64,000 nt of DNA from Plasmodiophora brassicae (Eukaryota), in contig CP145418.1 of the NCBI GenBank assembly GCA_036867785.1, forward strand, positions 1,178,001 to 1,242,000, read 5' to 3'. The position numbers and the translations under genes were made by a program. Below the pieces are notes generated by a model. The model had not been told where the DNA came from, ran no database searches, and saw only the letters and a list, made by a program, of their open reading frames with translations. Each line of letters opens with the position of its first letter. Within the stretch, counting starts at the first letter, position 1. Positions 15,001-26,623 of this stretch are shown piece by piece.

Positions 15001-16690
15001 GACGACGATCACGGTGTCGCTGGCGCTGACGAGCTTTTCGGTTTCGTGCGCCGACGTCGTCATCGGCAACGGCGCATCACTGGCCCTCTCTACTGCAAGC
15101 GTGTCGATTTCCAGCACGAGCACGTTGCCGATCCAGTTTGGCGGGTCGTCGTCGTCTGGCACCTGGGTCGACATATCGTCGACCGAGGCGGCATCCATCA
15201 CGACGTCGACGTCGTGGAAGCTGATCAGCAAGATTATCACGATCCGGGCGCTGTCGTCCGGCACAGTTGTCGGGTCGGTCGAGCTGGACGCCCGTGTTTC
15301 CGGCGGGCAGATTACGTTCAGCGCGTCGTCCGTCTTCGACAGCCTGAATGCGACCGCTGAGGCCGGGCTGGCTGTCAACGCCCCTATAACGACTATCGTC
15401 GGGCAGCTCGCTCTGGATGGCGATTACGATCCGACGTCGGGCGGGCGGACTGCATTCGCCGCCAGCGCCACGCTTTTTCGGCTAAAACGAACCTGCTGCT
15501 GTGCCCGAGGTCCCGCAGCGCCATCGACGTGGTTGCCCCTGCGACCTGGTCCGCCCAGGGCAACGTCCAGTTGTACACGGGTGTGCGCACGACCGGCAGC
15601 GGGTCGACGCTCTCCATCCTAGCGGACAGTGCCGCGGCTGGCTCTGGTCAGCTGATCTTCGCTGGCACGGCAAACATATCGGTTCAAGCCCCGGTCGTCA
15701 GCACGGTCTACCTTCGCGCCAGCGCCATGCAGTGGTCGACAGGGTTCCGGCTATCGGCGTCGTCGGCTACCGTCGTCATTGACAAGAGCACGTCGTCGGC
15801 GTTCTCAGTTGGCGTCGGCGGTGCCCTGACCGACGCGATGCTGCTGATGGTCACGACGACAGGTGTATTGCAGGTCGGGGACACCCTGGTCTCAGATTTG
15901 TCGGTTGTCGGGTTTGACCGATCGACACGTTCGGAGTCGCTGCTCAGCCTGCGGGCTTCGAATTCCGTGACGTTCTCCACGTCGGCCACGACCGTGTACG
16001 CGAACCTGTACGTGTCCACGGCCGGCAACGTCGCTGTCAACACCGCGCTGCACGTGCCGAACGGGTACGTCCAGATCTTCGCGGATAACGATGCCAACCT
16101 GGCTGGCTCGTTTACCGTCGCGGCGTCGACGACGATCACGGTGTCGCTGGCGCTGACGAGCTTTTCGGTTTCGTGCGCCGACGTCGTCATCGGCAACGGC
16201 GCATCACTGGCCCTCTCTACTGCAAGCGTGTCGATTTCCAGCACGAGCACGTTGCCGATCCAGTTTGGCGGGTCGTCGTCGTCTGGCACCTGGGTCGACA
16301 TATCGTCGACCGAGGCGGCATCCATCACGACGTCGACGTCGTGGAAGCTGATCAGCAAGATTATCACGATCCGGGCGCTGTCGTCCGGCACAGTTGTCGG
16401 GTCGGTCGAGCTGGACGCCCGTGTTTCTGGCGGGCAGATTACGTTCAGCGCGTCGTCCGTCTTCGACAGCCTGAATGCGACCGCTGAGGCCGGGCTGGCT
16501 GTCAACGCCCCTATAACGACTATCGTCGGGCAGCTCGCTCTGGATGGCGATTACGATCCGACGTCGGGCGGGCGGACTGCATTCGCCGCCAGCGCCACGC
16601 TTTCGGCTAAAACGAACCTGCTGCTGTGCCCGAGGTCCCGCAGCGCCATCGACGTGGTTGCCCCTGCGACCTGGTCCGCCCAGGGCAACG
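1..16690 (+). repeat. Coding tandem array, 1125-bp unit, ~14.8 near-identical copies
   Basis: The same sequence recurs every 1125 bp (ORF starts 416, 1541, 2666...). Only a few substitutions and six 1-2 nt insertions separate the copies. A diverged copy follows at ~16691-17815. Confidence 0.98.
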
Positions 16691-19600
16691 TGCAGCTGTA
16701 TACTGGTGTCCGCGCGACCGGTACCGGGGCCTGCCTGTCGGTTATAGCTGACAGCGACGCGTCTGGTTCCGGCTCCTTATTGTTTGCAAGCTCCGCAAAC
16801 ATCACCGTTGGTTCTCCCGTGGTGTCTTGTGTCTATCTTCGTGCGGCCACGCTGCAATGGTCTGCTGGGTTTGTCCTGTCGGCTTCAACGGCCGCGGTCG
16901 TCATTGATCGCAGCAGTTCCGGTGCGTGGTCATTCGGCGCCGGTGGCTCCGTGACGAGCACGTTGCTGGCGATGATAACAACCAGCGGTACACTTCAACT
17001 CGGCGACACGCTGATTTCGGACCTGACCATCACCGGGTTCGACCGGTCGTCGAGCCAAGAGTCTCTGCTGAGCATCTGTTCCAGTTCGTCCGTCACCTTG
17101 TCGTCGGCGGCGACCACTGTCTTCGGAAACCTGTACATAAGGACGCCTGGCAGTGTATCTATCAACGCGGACCTGCATGTTCCGAACGGCTATGTGCAAA
17201 TCTTTGCTGATTCCGATGCCAACCTGAACGGGGCGTTCGTCGTGGCGGCCTCTACCAGCGTCATCGTCTCTGCGTCGCTGACATCGTTTTCCGTTTCGTG
17301 TGCTGACGTCGCGATTGGCAATGGGGCGTCGCTGGCCCTTTCGACCGCCAAGGTGTCAATATCGAGCACCAGCACTCTGCCGATCCAGTTTGGCGGTTCT
17401 CCTTCGTCGGGTTCCTGGGTAGATATCTCGTCGGCGGAAGCTGCTTGCATAACAACATCGACGTCGTGGCTGCTGGCAGCCAAGACGATCACTATTCGAA
17501 GCTTGGCGTCGGGCGTCACGCATGGCTCTGTCGAACTGGATGCCCGCGTTTCCGCTGGCCAAATTACGTTCAGTGGCAATTCTGTTTTTGACAGTCTCAA
17601 TGCGACTGCAAGTGCAGGCATTTCTGTGCTTGCTCCGGTTACAACGATTGCTGGGCAGTTAGCATTAGACGGGTGCTATGATGGCGGCGGAATTTCTGGG
17701 ACATCCATTGCGTCTGGGCAAACCCTGTGGGCGTTTTCTAATTTGCTTCTTCACCCGAGATCCTTTGGTTATGTGTCCGTTAGTGCCCCTCTTGCAATTC
17801 GTGCTAACCGCGATGTCCGTCTGTATGCCAATCTCGTCGTTATTGGAACTGGGGTGCTCAACGTTAGCGCGGATTATCTTGCGGCAGGTGTCGGCAGTTT
17901 CCTTTGTCAATCGGCTGGCAATGTGTCAGTTCTGTCGTCGTCCGTGGATGGTGTTTCAGTCAGTGCCGCAGACTATGTGCTTGGATCCTCCTGCGTCGTC
18001 GATGCTGGTGTTTCGAGTCTTACTGTGATGTCTTCTGGGGTGTCGGGCATGTTCTTTGGATCTGCTCCCGGTCTTTGTCAGCTCTCTAACATGGAGGTCA
18101 ATTTGCTCGTGACGAGCGGAACTCTAACGCTTGGTGGCCCATTCGTTAATAACGTCACACTGTCTGCCGTTAACTATCTGCGACCGGCAGCAGGTGTCGC
18201 CGTTCATACCTCTGCTACTAGCCAAAGCTCCATCATTGTCGCTGGATACTTCAACGTCTCGAGTAGTGCAACCGCCTCGCTTCGCCTTGTTTCCGCCAAC
18301 GTTGTCGTCAATTCGTCGGTCTTCTGTTATGGCCACATTTTCTTTGTTCCCTCTGTCGTATCCAACATTTCTATCGGCTCGTTTCAGGGCAGATTCGCTT
18401 TTCCAGCGACTGCTCTGAATTACGTCATGTCTACAAACACGTTTACAATTGGAGGTGCTCTTGCGCAGGCGGTGTCTATTACACCTACGGTGTATGCGTG
18501 CGGGTCTGGTACGCTGGAGGTGTCTGCTCGTGATGAGCTTCCATCGCTCGGCATCGCGCTCGATGCAAATTCGTTGACGGTCTTCCCTAGTACCTCTGCG
18601 AATGCGATCCCGGCATGGCAGGTTGCGTCGACTTGGTCCATGGCATTAAGTCTGTCCGTTCCCGGGCATCCGTCGAATGCCGGGGCGTACAATTGTACAG
18701 TGTCGTGCTCGTTTGGATCTCTTGCTGTCAACTATACGTCGTCATCGCAGTCTGCAGCTTCCAGTTCGTTGACGTTCTCGGGGTCGCTTGCCCAAGTGCA
18801 GTTCTCTTTATCCACGCTTAAATACTCGCGAAACCGCACTCTATTTGGTGGAGATGCAGTTGTCAGTACGTTGTCCTTGGCGCAAGGGGCTACTCCTAAT
18901 GGTATTCAGAGTCGTACTACCGAAATCCGTTTCGACGATGGTGCTCTGGACGGGTTGCTCTCCACGTTGAGCGGCTCGTTTTCTTCAGGGAAAAGCGATG
19001 GCCTTGGACCATTGGGACATTTGGATAATCCTTGGGGAATCGTCATGGATTCAGGTCGTTCCCGGCTATATGTCAGCGACACTAACAACAACCGACTATG
19101 TGCAGTCGACGTAGAATCTGGCAACCTAACTACTTTTGCGGGGTCCTCCTCCGGATTTGTCGACGGGCCCGGTTATCTCGCTCGGTTCAGCCGCCCCAGA
19201 GGCATGTTCCTTCGTTCCGATGGTTATCTTGTTATTGCTGATACGGAGAACCATGCTATTCGTCTGGTGTCTCCAGTCGGTGTCACAACGACTCTTGTTG
19301 GTGGCGTTTATGGGGCTCCGCTGAGTCGCCCGTCCGGAGTGTGTGTGAACGCCTCCAATGCCGTTGTATTTATTGCCGACACAGAGAACAACCGTATTCT
19401 GACGTTATTGTCAAATGGGACGCTATCAGTCTATGCTGGTTCGGGTCAGTACGGATACGCAGATTCTCTCAATCCTCGTACTGCTCGGTTTAGGCACCCG
19501 TCGGCTGTCGCCGTCGACTCCCTTGGTAATCTGTACGTTGCGGACTCTTTGAACCACTGCATACGCAAGGTCTCCACGTTAGGCGCTGTTACGACACTGG

Positions 19601-21675
19601 CCGGGTCGCCATATCTCCATGGCTTCGCTGACGGGACAGGTGCAGCAGCTCGGTTCCATAAGCCGCTATCCGTCGTTATTGATTCCTCCGATGTGCTCTA
19701 CGTATCGGATACGTTCAACCATGTTATCCGGCAGGTGACGACGTCGGGTTCGGTTACTACCATTGCGGGAGACACCCCGGGGTCAAGCGACGGTTCGTCT
19801 CTTCTTTTCGGGCGGCTTCGCTTCCCCGGCCAGGTTGCTGTAGCGCCTACCGCCGTTGACGTTTTCATCGCGGATACTGGCAACCATGCCATTCGCCGCG
19901 TTCACTTGGTTGGATCCGTCCCTGTTGTTACGGCAATCTCGCCCTCGGGTGGCACGAACCTGGGTGGAACCGTTGTCGTCATCACCGGCTCGTTCACCGC
20001 GTCGCCACAGGATCTGTTCTGCAGCTTTGGGACATCTACCTTATATCCTGCCATAGCTGTTACATCGTCCACGGTCACCTGTACGACTCCTCCGCATGCG
20101 ACCGGCAAAGCCTTAGTTCGCGTGATCAATACGTTCACTTACAACAATCTCTACGTCCCGCAGACGTACTTCTACTCGAGTAACAGCGTCACGTTTTATT
20201 ATTCGCAGTCGTCGCTGCTTGCAAGCGTTAAAAGGATTGCCCCCCAGATTGGTCTCGTGTCTGGTGGCACTCAAGTCACTGTGTTCGGATCCAACTTCTA
20301 CGCCACGTTGCAACTACGGTGCGCGTTTGGTAGCACAGCAAACGCCGTTCCAGGATGGCGCTGGTCACCGAGCATGATTGTTTGTGTGTCGCCTCCGCAC
20401 GCAGCCGGGCAGGTTTACGTTTCGTTGACGTTTGACGGCCAACAGTATACGAGCGGCTCGCCCGCCACGTTCACCTATGCGCCACGTCCTGTCGTTTCGT
20501 CAATATTCCCGACATCCGGGCCGACCTACTACCGGACTCTTGTCAGTATCACAGGGAGCGGGTTCGTCGCCGGCGATTCTGGCTGCTGTTACTTTGGTAT
20601 CGATCGCGTGCCGATCGTGTTCTACTCGTCTACGTCGATAGCGTGCGTCACGCCGTCCCGTATCAGTTCCTTGACGGACCCGCTGGTCGTCACCGTGAAT
20701 GGTAACTGGGAAGAGGGTTCGTCGCCCCCCTCGTCGTTTACGTTCCTCAAGCCCATCAGGACGTTTACAATTTCGCCGGCACTGGGGCCGTCGACAGGGG
20801 GCACCATCGTCAACATCACTGGAGCGAATCTGGGCGCCAACAGCAGCACGATCTGCGCCTTCGGGTCCGGACCACCTGTGCCTGCTCTTGAGGTTACATC
20901 GACATGGGTGACCTGCCGGACTCCTGCGCAGGGGGAGGATCTCGTGCCGGTTCTCCTGGGGGCACCCGGTACCGCCCTGTCACGAACCAACAGTGTGTTC
21001 CGATTCGTCGCTCCGGTCGTCGTCCTTTCCGTGTATCCCCACTTCGGCCCAATCACAGGTGGGACGCCCGTGACAGTATCAGGCGCGAACTTCCTTAGTG
21101 AGGCCACCGAGTTCTGCTCCTTCTCGGGACTCGGGACCGTGGACGCGAGGCGACTGTCCACGACCACCGTCCTATGCTATTCGCCGCCAACGTCGTCGCC
21201 AACGTCCTCCGTGGTACGAGTCACGAGCAACGCGGTTGATTACTCGACGACGTCGGCCGTGTTTTCGTACAAACCCGTCGTCACGCTGGCCTCGATAACG
21301 CCCGCGGTTGGCATGACGTTCACCGAGACGGCTGTCACCATTACGGGCGCCAACTTTGTATTCTCGGGGCTGCTACGCGTCCAGTTCTCGGAATTCCTGC
21401 TGGTCCGGCCACAGTTCGTCAGCAGTTCGCTCCTGATCTGCGTGACGCCATCCGCGCGCGCCCCCGCCAACTCCACTGTCCGCGTCCTGAACAACGGCCT
21501 GCAAGCGTCGGCATCCGCCCTCGTCTTCCAGTTCGTGGACGCGGTCGACGTCGTCTCCGTGTCACCGTCGAGCGGCCCCAACGTCGGCGGCACCACCGTG
21601 TACGTCAACCTGGGCCAGGCCCTGTCCTGGCAGTCGTGGACGTGCGCGTTCACGGCCGTCAACGACAGCACCTGA
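1..21675 (+). CDS. Giant repetitive putative surface/secreted protein, 5' end outside the window: ~15 x 375-aa Ser/Thr/Ala/Val-rich repeats, diverged repeats, NHL repeats, 6 complete + 1 partial IPT/TIG domains; broken by 6 small insertions
   Basis: ORFs 81-4106, 3883-6777, 6722-12403, 12039-13109, 12712-14961, 14927-15622 and 15529-21675 encode the same repeat in shifting frames. NHL motifs (PWGIVMD..LYVSDTNNNRL, PSAVAVDSLGNLYVADSLNHCIR) at ~19000-19910. IPT motifs (PVVTAISPSGGTNLGGTVVVITG..CSFG) at ~19920-21672. No introns seen. Confidence 0.85.
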
Positions 21676-22003
21676 CCCACCCCCGCCTATCGGTCAGCCA
21701 GGCGCCTGTCCGAACTCATCGAATAATACAACAACACGTCGTATCGTTTACTTGGAGTGTACAACAATATCGTTCAGAGGTGGTTCATCATCATCGCCCC
21801 GCAGGGGTCGATCGCGCAGCTCAGTGTAGAGGGGTACATAGTTGTGTCGGTCGTCTGCCCCGTCGATCGGACAGACGGGCGCGGCCGCCCCCCCGATTGC
21901 AGACAACAGTGGCCGGGCGGGTGGCAGTGCGACTGCGGGGCTGCAGCTTGCGGCGCGGTAACGCCCACGTCCACCCCCATCGGTGTTGGACGCCGCACGC
22001 GCG

Positions 22004-23458
22004 ATGACGGCGACAACGTCGCCGCTGTCCATACGTCGCCTGACGGTCATGCGATCGGGCGAGTGGTTCGTCGCGTTCGCCGACGGCGTCTGCCTGTACG
22101 TCGGGGCCGACGCCGCCGACGCCGTCCTGGTCGACGACGCCGGCCGGCGGCGCCGCGTGCGCCCGGCGTTCGCCCCGCGGACGGTGGTGGCGTGCCGCGA
22201 CCGGCTCCAGGCCGCCGTCGCGCTGCGCAACCGGCATTGCCCGGCGCCGATCGCGCTCGCCCACCTCGCCGACGACGTCGTGGACGACGACGTCGACGCC
22301 GGCTGCGTTCGCTGGCGGCGACCGCCGGCGCCGGCCACGTCGATCTCGTCCCGCTGCGGCCGCTTCCACCTGTCGATCGTGTCGCGCCCGACGCGCATCT
22401 GCTCCATCCGGTTCCCGTTCCCGGTGCGGGATCACCCCGGCGCGGCCGTCGTCGTCGTCGTCGACCAGGTCCTGCCCGTCGACGTCCTCCCGGGCGCCTG
22501 GCGCCGCGTCCTGGCCCTGCTGCTGGACGACGCGGACGACGCCACCGACGACGACGACATCTGCCTGGACATGCGCCTGGATCCCATCGCGACGCCCGCC
22601 TCGCCCTGGTCGTGCGAGCGCCTGGCGGATCGGTGCCGCTCCATGCAGACGCTGGACGCCGCCCTGCCCGACGACGACGACGACGACGCCGTCGCCGTCG
22701 ACTGGACGCGCACCGCCGTCTGGCACGTCGTCGACGACCTGGTCCTCTGCCGGTTCCACAGCGCCGACGACTCGGTGCTGCGGCCGTCGTCGTCGTCGTC
22801 GCTGTCCCTGTTCGAGCACGTCCGCGTCGACGGCACCACGACGCTCCACAGCAGCGACGTGGCGATGTCGGGCCCGGACCCGTTCTCGGCGTCGCACCCG
22901 ATCGGCGCGTCGGTGCGGCACGCCCACCGCCTGGCGCGCCTGTCCGCTCGTCGTCGTCTGCCGGCGGCGGCGGTGGCGCGCGTCCCGTCGTCGTCGTCGG
23001 CGCCGTCCAGCGCCGTCCGGGAGGCGTGCACGGTGCCGTCGCTGGGCGACTTTGTCGCGTTCGCCGACGGCCGCGTCACCGGCCGCTTCTTCGACCGCAC
23101 CCTGGTGCACGTTGGCGGCGAGGGCGACGCGGCGCCCCGGGTCGTGCGTCGCGACGGGACGACGGGGCCGCCGGCGCGCGACACCGACCAGGCGTACGTC
23201 GACGTGTGCAACGAGTTCCGCGCCTGGGCGCTCCTGTCCGTTGAGGAGCGCGCCCGGCGCCACGCCCAGGCGCGCCGGCGCCAGGACGCGGTCGACGACG
23301 AGATCGCGCGCAGCGCCTCGTTCCTGGGGCGCCCGTCGGCGCTGTTCGCCGCCGCCGCCGGCGACGACCTGGACCGGGTCGCCCGGGCGACGCTGCTGGC
23401 GAACGAGGCGTTCCTCGAGCGCCTGTCAACGGGTAAACGACGAGGGCACCTGCCCTGA
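22004..23458 (+). CDS. C5orf34-like protein (DUF4524/DUF4520-like)
   Basis: Single-exon ORF with coding-like codon bias. N-terminal RLTVMRSGEWFVAFADG...RLQAAVALRNRHCPAP and C-terminal VPSLGDFVAFADGRVTGRFFDRT resemble the two conserved C5orf34 blocks (recognised from memory). Confidence 0.6.
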   Translation: MTATTSPLSIRRLTVMRSGEWFVAFADGVCLYVGADAADAVLVDDAGRRRRVRPAFAPRTVVACRDRLQAAVALRNRHCPAPIALAHLADDVVDDDVDAGCVRWRRPPAPATSISSRCGRFHLSIVSRPTRICSIRFPFPVRDHPGAAVVVVVDQVLPVDVLPGAWRRVLALLLDDADDATDDDDICLDMRLDPIATPASPWSCERLADRCRSMQTLDAALPDDDDDDAVAVDWTRTAVWHVVDDLVLCRFHSADDSVLRPSSSSSLSLFEHVRVDGTTTLHSSDVAMSGPDPFSASHPIGASVRHAHRLARLSARRRLPAAAVARVPSSSSAPSSAVREACTVPSLGDFVAFADGRVTGRFFDRTLVHVGGEGDAAPRVVRRDGTTGPPARDTDQAYVDVCNEFRAWALLSVEERARRHAQARRRQDAVDDEIARSASFLGRPSALFAAAAGDDLDRVARATLLANEAFLERLSTGKRRGHLP

Positions 23459-23489
23459 GCGACGACGACGACGACGACGACGGTGCGGT

Positions 23490-24419
23490 TTATTCGGACA
23501 GGAGCTCGTCGTGGAACACGGTGTCGAGGTCGCCGGTCAGGTCGGCGAACGACGCCCGCTTGTGCAGGAGGGCGACGGCGTGGCGCGCCCGCTCCCTGTA
23601 CTGGTCGGGGCGGGCGCGCGCCCGTTTCGCGCGGGCCCGGGCGGCGGTCGGCGTGACCCAGGCCGGGTTGGCGTAGAGCGTGTCGCCCTGGAAGCTGCCG
23701 GCGAAGATCTTGATGGGTTGCAGGCAGAAGCGCGGGCCGATCTCCACCAGCGTCGGGTCCGGCGCCGTCGTCGCCGCCCCCTTGCCCGCGTACACGACCT
23801 GATAGTTGCGGAACCAGATGCGCCCGTCCAGGTGGTAGAACGCGAACACGTGGTCGACGAACGGCTTCGTGTTCGGGTGGCCCCGCGGGCTGCCGAACAC
23901 CTGCACGAACATCTGCTTCAGCAGGGCGAGGTGCGGCTGCGCGTCGAACGACGCGTCGAACGAGAGGACGGGGCGGGAACCCTTGAGGCAGTTCCCGGTC
24001 AGCTTCAGCTCCTCCATCGTGTGGATGTTCTGGACGAGGAACTTGGCCGACGGGCCGTGCGGCGTCTTGCTGACCCACAGGTACAGGTCGGTGGATCGGC
24101 GCGCCTCGAAGAACAGGCAGCTGTTGCAGTTCTTCATGTCGCAGACCTCGTTGACGCCGGCCAGGTTGCCCTTGTCGTCGTACTTCGAGTCCTTCTTGCT
24201 GTGCGGCAGCAGGTCGCGCAGGTCGCCCATCAGGTGGCGGTCCCGGTGCCGGATACCCTGCGTCGAGAACACGAGCGTCCGCTGCTTGTTGTTGTAGGCG
24301 GTCCTGGGTGCCCGGCCCAGCGCCTGCCGCTCGTCTTCCCCGACGCCAACCTTCGACTTCTTCGCCGCCGCTGCGCTGTCGTCCGGGCCGGCGCCCATCG
24401 CCATCTTGCGCTTGTACAT
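23490..24419 (-). CDS. BRX1: Ribosome biogenesis Brix-domain protein
   Basis: NKQRTLVFSTQGIRHRDRHLMGDL, GPSAKFLVQNIHTMEELKLTGNCLKGSRP, KPFVDHV, IWFRNYQ, LVEIGPRF. Confidence 0.95.
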   Translation of the reverse strand: MYKRKMAMGAGPDDSAAAAKKSKVGVGEDERQALGRAPRTAYNNKQRTLVFSTQGIRHRDRHLMGDLRDLLPHSKKDSKYDDKGNLAGVNEVCDMKNCNSCLFFEARRSTDLYLWVSKTPHGPSAKFLVQNIHTMEELKLTGNCLKGSRPVLSFDASFDAQPHLALLKQMFVQVFGSPRGHPNTKPFVDHVFAFYHLDGRIWFRNYQVVYAGKGAATTAPDPTLVEIGPRFCLQPIKIFAGSFQGDTLYANPAWVTPTAARARAKRARARPDQYRERARHAVALLHKRASFADLTGDLDTVFHDELLSE

Positions 24420-25983
24420 AGCGACGAGGCTCTGCTGGTCGACGATGGTTGCCTGGGCACCACTGCGCTGTACTCCGTGAAGTCCGTGGCGGAGTCCGCG
24501 ACGGCCGCCGCCCCTTCGTCGATGCGATGCCCCCAGGGCAGCTGGGCGGCGGCGCACCGCTTTGCAGCGCCGCCGGGCGGCACCCCGATAGGTCGCTGTG
24601 GGAGGACATGGTCAACGCATTCCTTATCAGACGACCATCCTGCAAGGGCGCCCTCATGTGAAACGCCGCTATTGTTCCGGTGTCAACGTCATTGCTGCGA
24701 AGCGCGCCTTTATCGGAGCCTTTGAGGAGCTGGTCGTGCCAGCAGATCATACGCAACGTCGCCAGTGTGCTGCGGACATGCTGGAGAGCACGACGTGGCT
24801 CCATCGGTACACAGTGACGCGCATCGATTTGGCATCGTGTAGATCGGCAAGCAGTTGGGCGTGACTCGAAGATCATGGCCCGGAAGATGAATCGTCTGCC
24901 TGATGGCGCCACCGCTGGTGGTGGTTGGCGAACCGCATTGAGCGCGCCTACGTGTTGCGACATGGACCGCGGCGTGATACAACCATGCCAGCAAAGAATA
25001 CTACACTGAATTATCTGCACCGACGGCGATTGCTAACGCGTCGCGTTCAGTCGTGGCGGCTCTCGTTCGAACGGACACGGTGCGAAGCGGCCTCCACGGG
25101 TACTCAGCGTCGGGCGTCCGGGCTGTGGCATGCATCTGGTGCTGACAGGCCAGGTGCGCGTGCTCGTCTCGCTGTACGTTCCGGGGAACCCTGCACGTGG
25201 CGGCGTGCTTGCGATGCTGAGCGAGACATTCTCCGCATCCCAAGCGTAAACATGGAAGGCGCCGCCTACGGTCAGTTAGGCTCTGGGCGACGGGCGCGTC
25301 CCACGTCGATCGATAGGCTCGATTCATGGTCCGTGCCCAGTAGTCGTCCACGTTGAACGAAGAAATGGAACCACCGCAGAAATGGCACCACGTTGTCAGG
25401 TTGTTGGATGCCCCGCTACCGTCGGGCGACGACGCTCCGTCTGCTCGTGTGGCCTGTACGACAACGCCTTCGCTGTAGCCAGGCCCGGTGCCCATGACTC
25501 ATCAACAGCTTGCCAGCGCGCGACAAACGATGCGTCTGTCGCATGCAATTGTCCAGCATTGCCAGGTGATTGCTTTCCTTCGAGTCGCATCCCTCAGGGC
25601 AATAGACGTGCTCGGGCGCAATGACGCTGCCGGTGCGGTGGCCTGTCAACACATCGAAAGAAAACGCGACCAGAGGCCGACGTACTCAACGAGGACGGGC
25701 TTTCAGGTTCTCCAGGCGCCCCTGGCAACACGCCGGCCGGTTCGGTCGACCAGTGTCAAGTACGTCCCCCGGACGACGACTACGACAACCATGCAGTGAA
25801 TGTCTTCGACCGTTCTCTCCGTTGGGCTACGCGTAGGCGCCCGGAATCAAGGTAGCGATAAAGGAGCGATGCACGCTCGCTTGCCTGCGCTTTGTCTCGA
25901 GCAGAACATGAGCCAGGGCCATGCATGCTTCGTCGTTGCGCCGAGAGCCGCCTGGAGTAAAAAGCATGGATCGTACAGGCCGA

Positions 25984-26068
25984 TGCGTTCGGCAGGATTC
26001 GAACCTGCGCCCCCCGAAGAAGACTAGAACCTGAATCTAGCGCCTTGGACCAACTCGGCCACGAACGC
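25984..26068 (-). tRNA. tRNA-Leu (anticodon CAG)
   Basis: Cloverleaf: acceptor GCGTTCG/CGAACGC + discriminator A, D-arm GCCGAGTTGGTCCAAGGC, anticodon stem CTAGA/TCTAG with loop TT-CAG-GT, long variable arm, T-arm GCAGG-TTCGAAT-CCTGC; T5 run ~20 nt downstream. Confidence 0.95.
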
Positions 26069-26623
26069 GGTGCAGCTGTTCTCGCCGGGTAATCTGACGT
26101 GCTGTGCAAATAGATCGAATAGACAGCAGTTCGAGGCAGCAGGCTGGCAGCGTCAGCACGCGCCGCCAGGTCAATGCGATTCGACATAAACGTCGGATAC
26201 TTCTGATACATGCTGGAAGCTGATAGGCGAGCTGGCGGCACCGGCATTCGGTTCGCAGAGTCATTCTGCTCATCGCACTGCTGGGGGCGGGTGGCCCCCC
26301 GGAAACTGGCGCCGAGTTGCTGGACGATTCGACAGCGGTACCATACCGTGGGCACCTAGAATCGCCGTTGCATACCGCTGGGGCCCCGCGTCCAGGCAGG
26401 CAATCGCCTGAAGACCGCAACGGTTCATGGACAAAGTCACAAATACAATTCTCGTAGGGTAGCCCGGTGCAGCCGCGCTGATCATTCGCGGCAGGGACCC
26501 TCTGCCACAAATAGAGCCGCTGGCATACACAGGGCCGACGTGCCCTGTCAGCGCCGCGCAGTTTCATCCGACTGCAGCCCCCTCTCCGGACAGCCGACCG
26601 ACCTGACGATCACCTGCTAGCTA

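Noticed and set aside
416-16805. Many recurring short ORFs (104, 67, 63, 93, 265 aa) on both strands
   Set aside because: Alternative-frame shadows of the 1125-bp coding repeat
21757-25020. Long overlapping ORFs (862, 557, 495, 480 aa)
   Set aside because: Arg/Pro/Ala-rich shadow frames caused by very high GC; the real genes are the C5orf34-like ORF and BRX1
24600-25900. Possible multi-exon minus-strand gene with Cys pairs (WCHFCGG, CLRLGCGECL)
   Set aside because: Could not assemble a consistent exon structure or recognise a family
25984-26068. TCA within the anticodon loop suggesting a Sec or opal-suppressor tRNA
   Set aside because: The stem CTAGA/TCTAG fixes a 7-nt loop TT-CAG-GT, so the anticodon is CAG. 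The 7-bp acceptor stem and discriminator A fit Leu.
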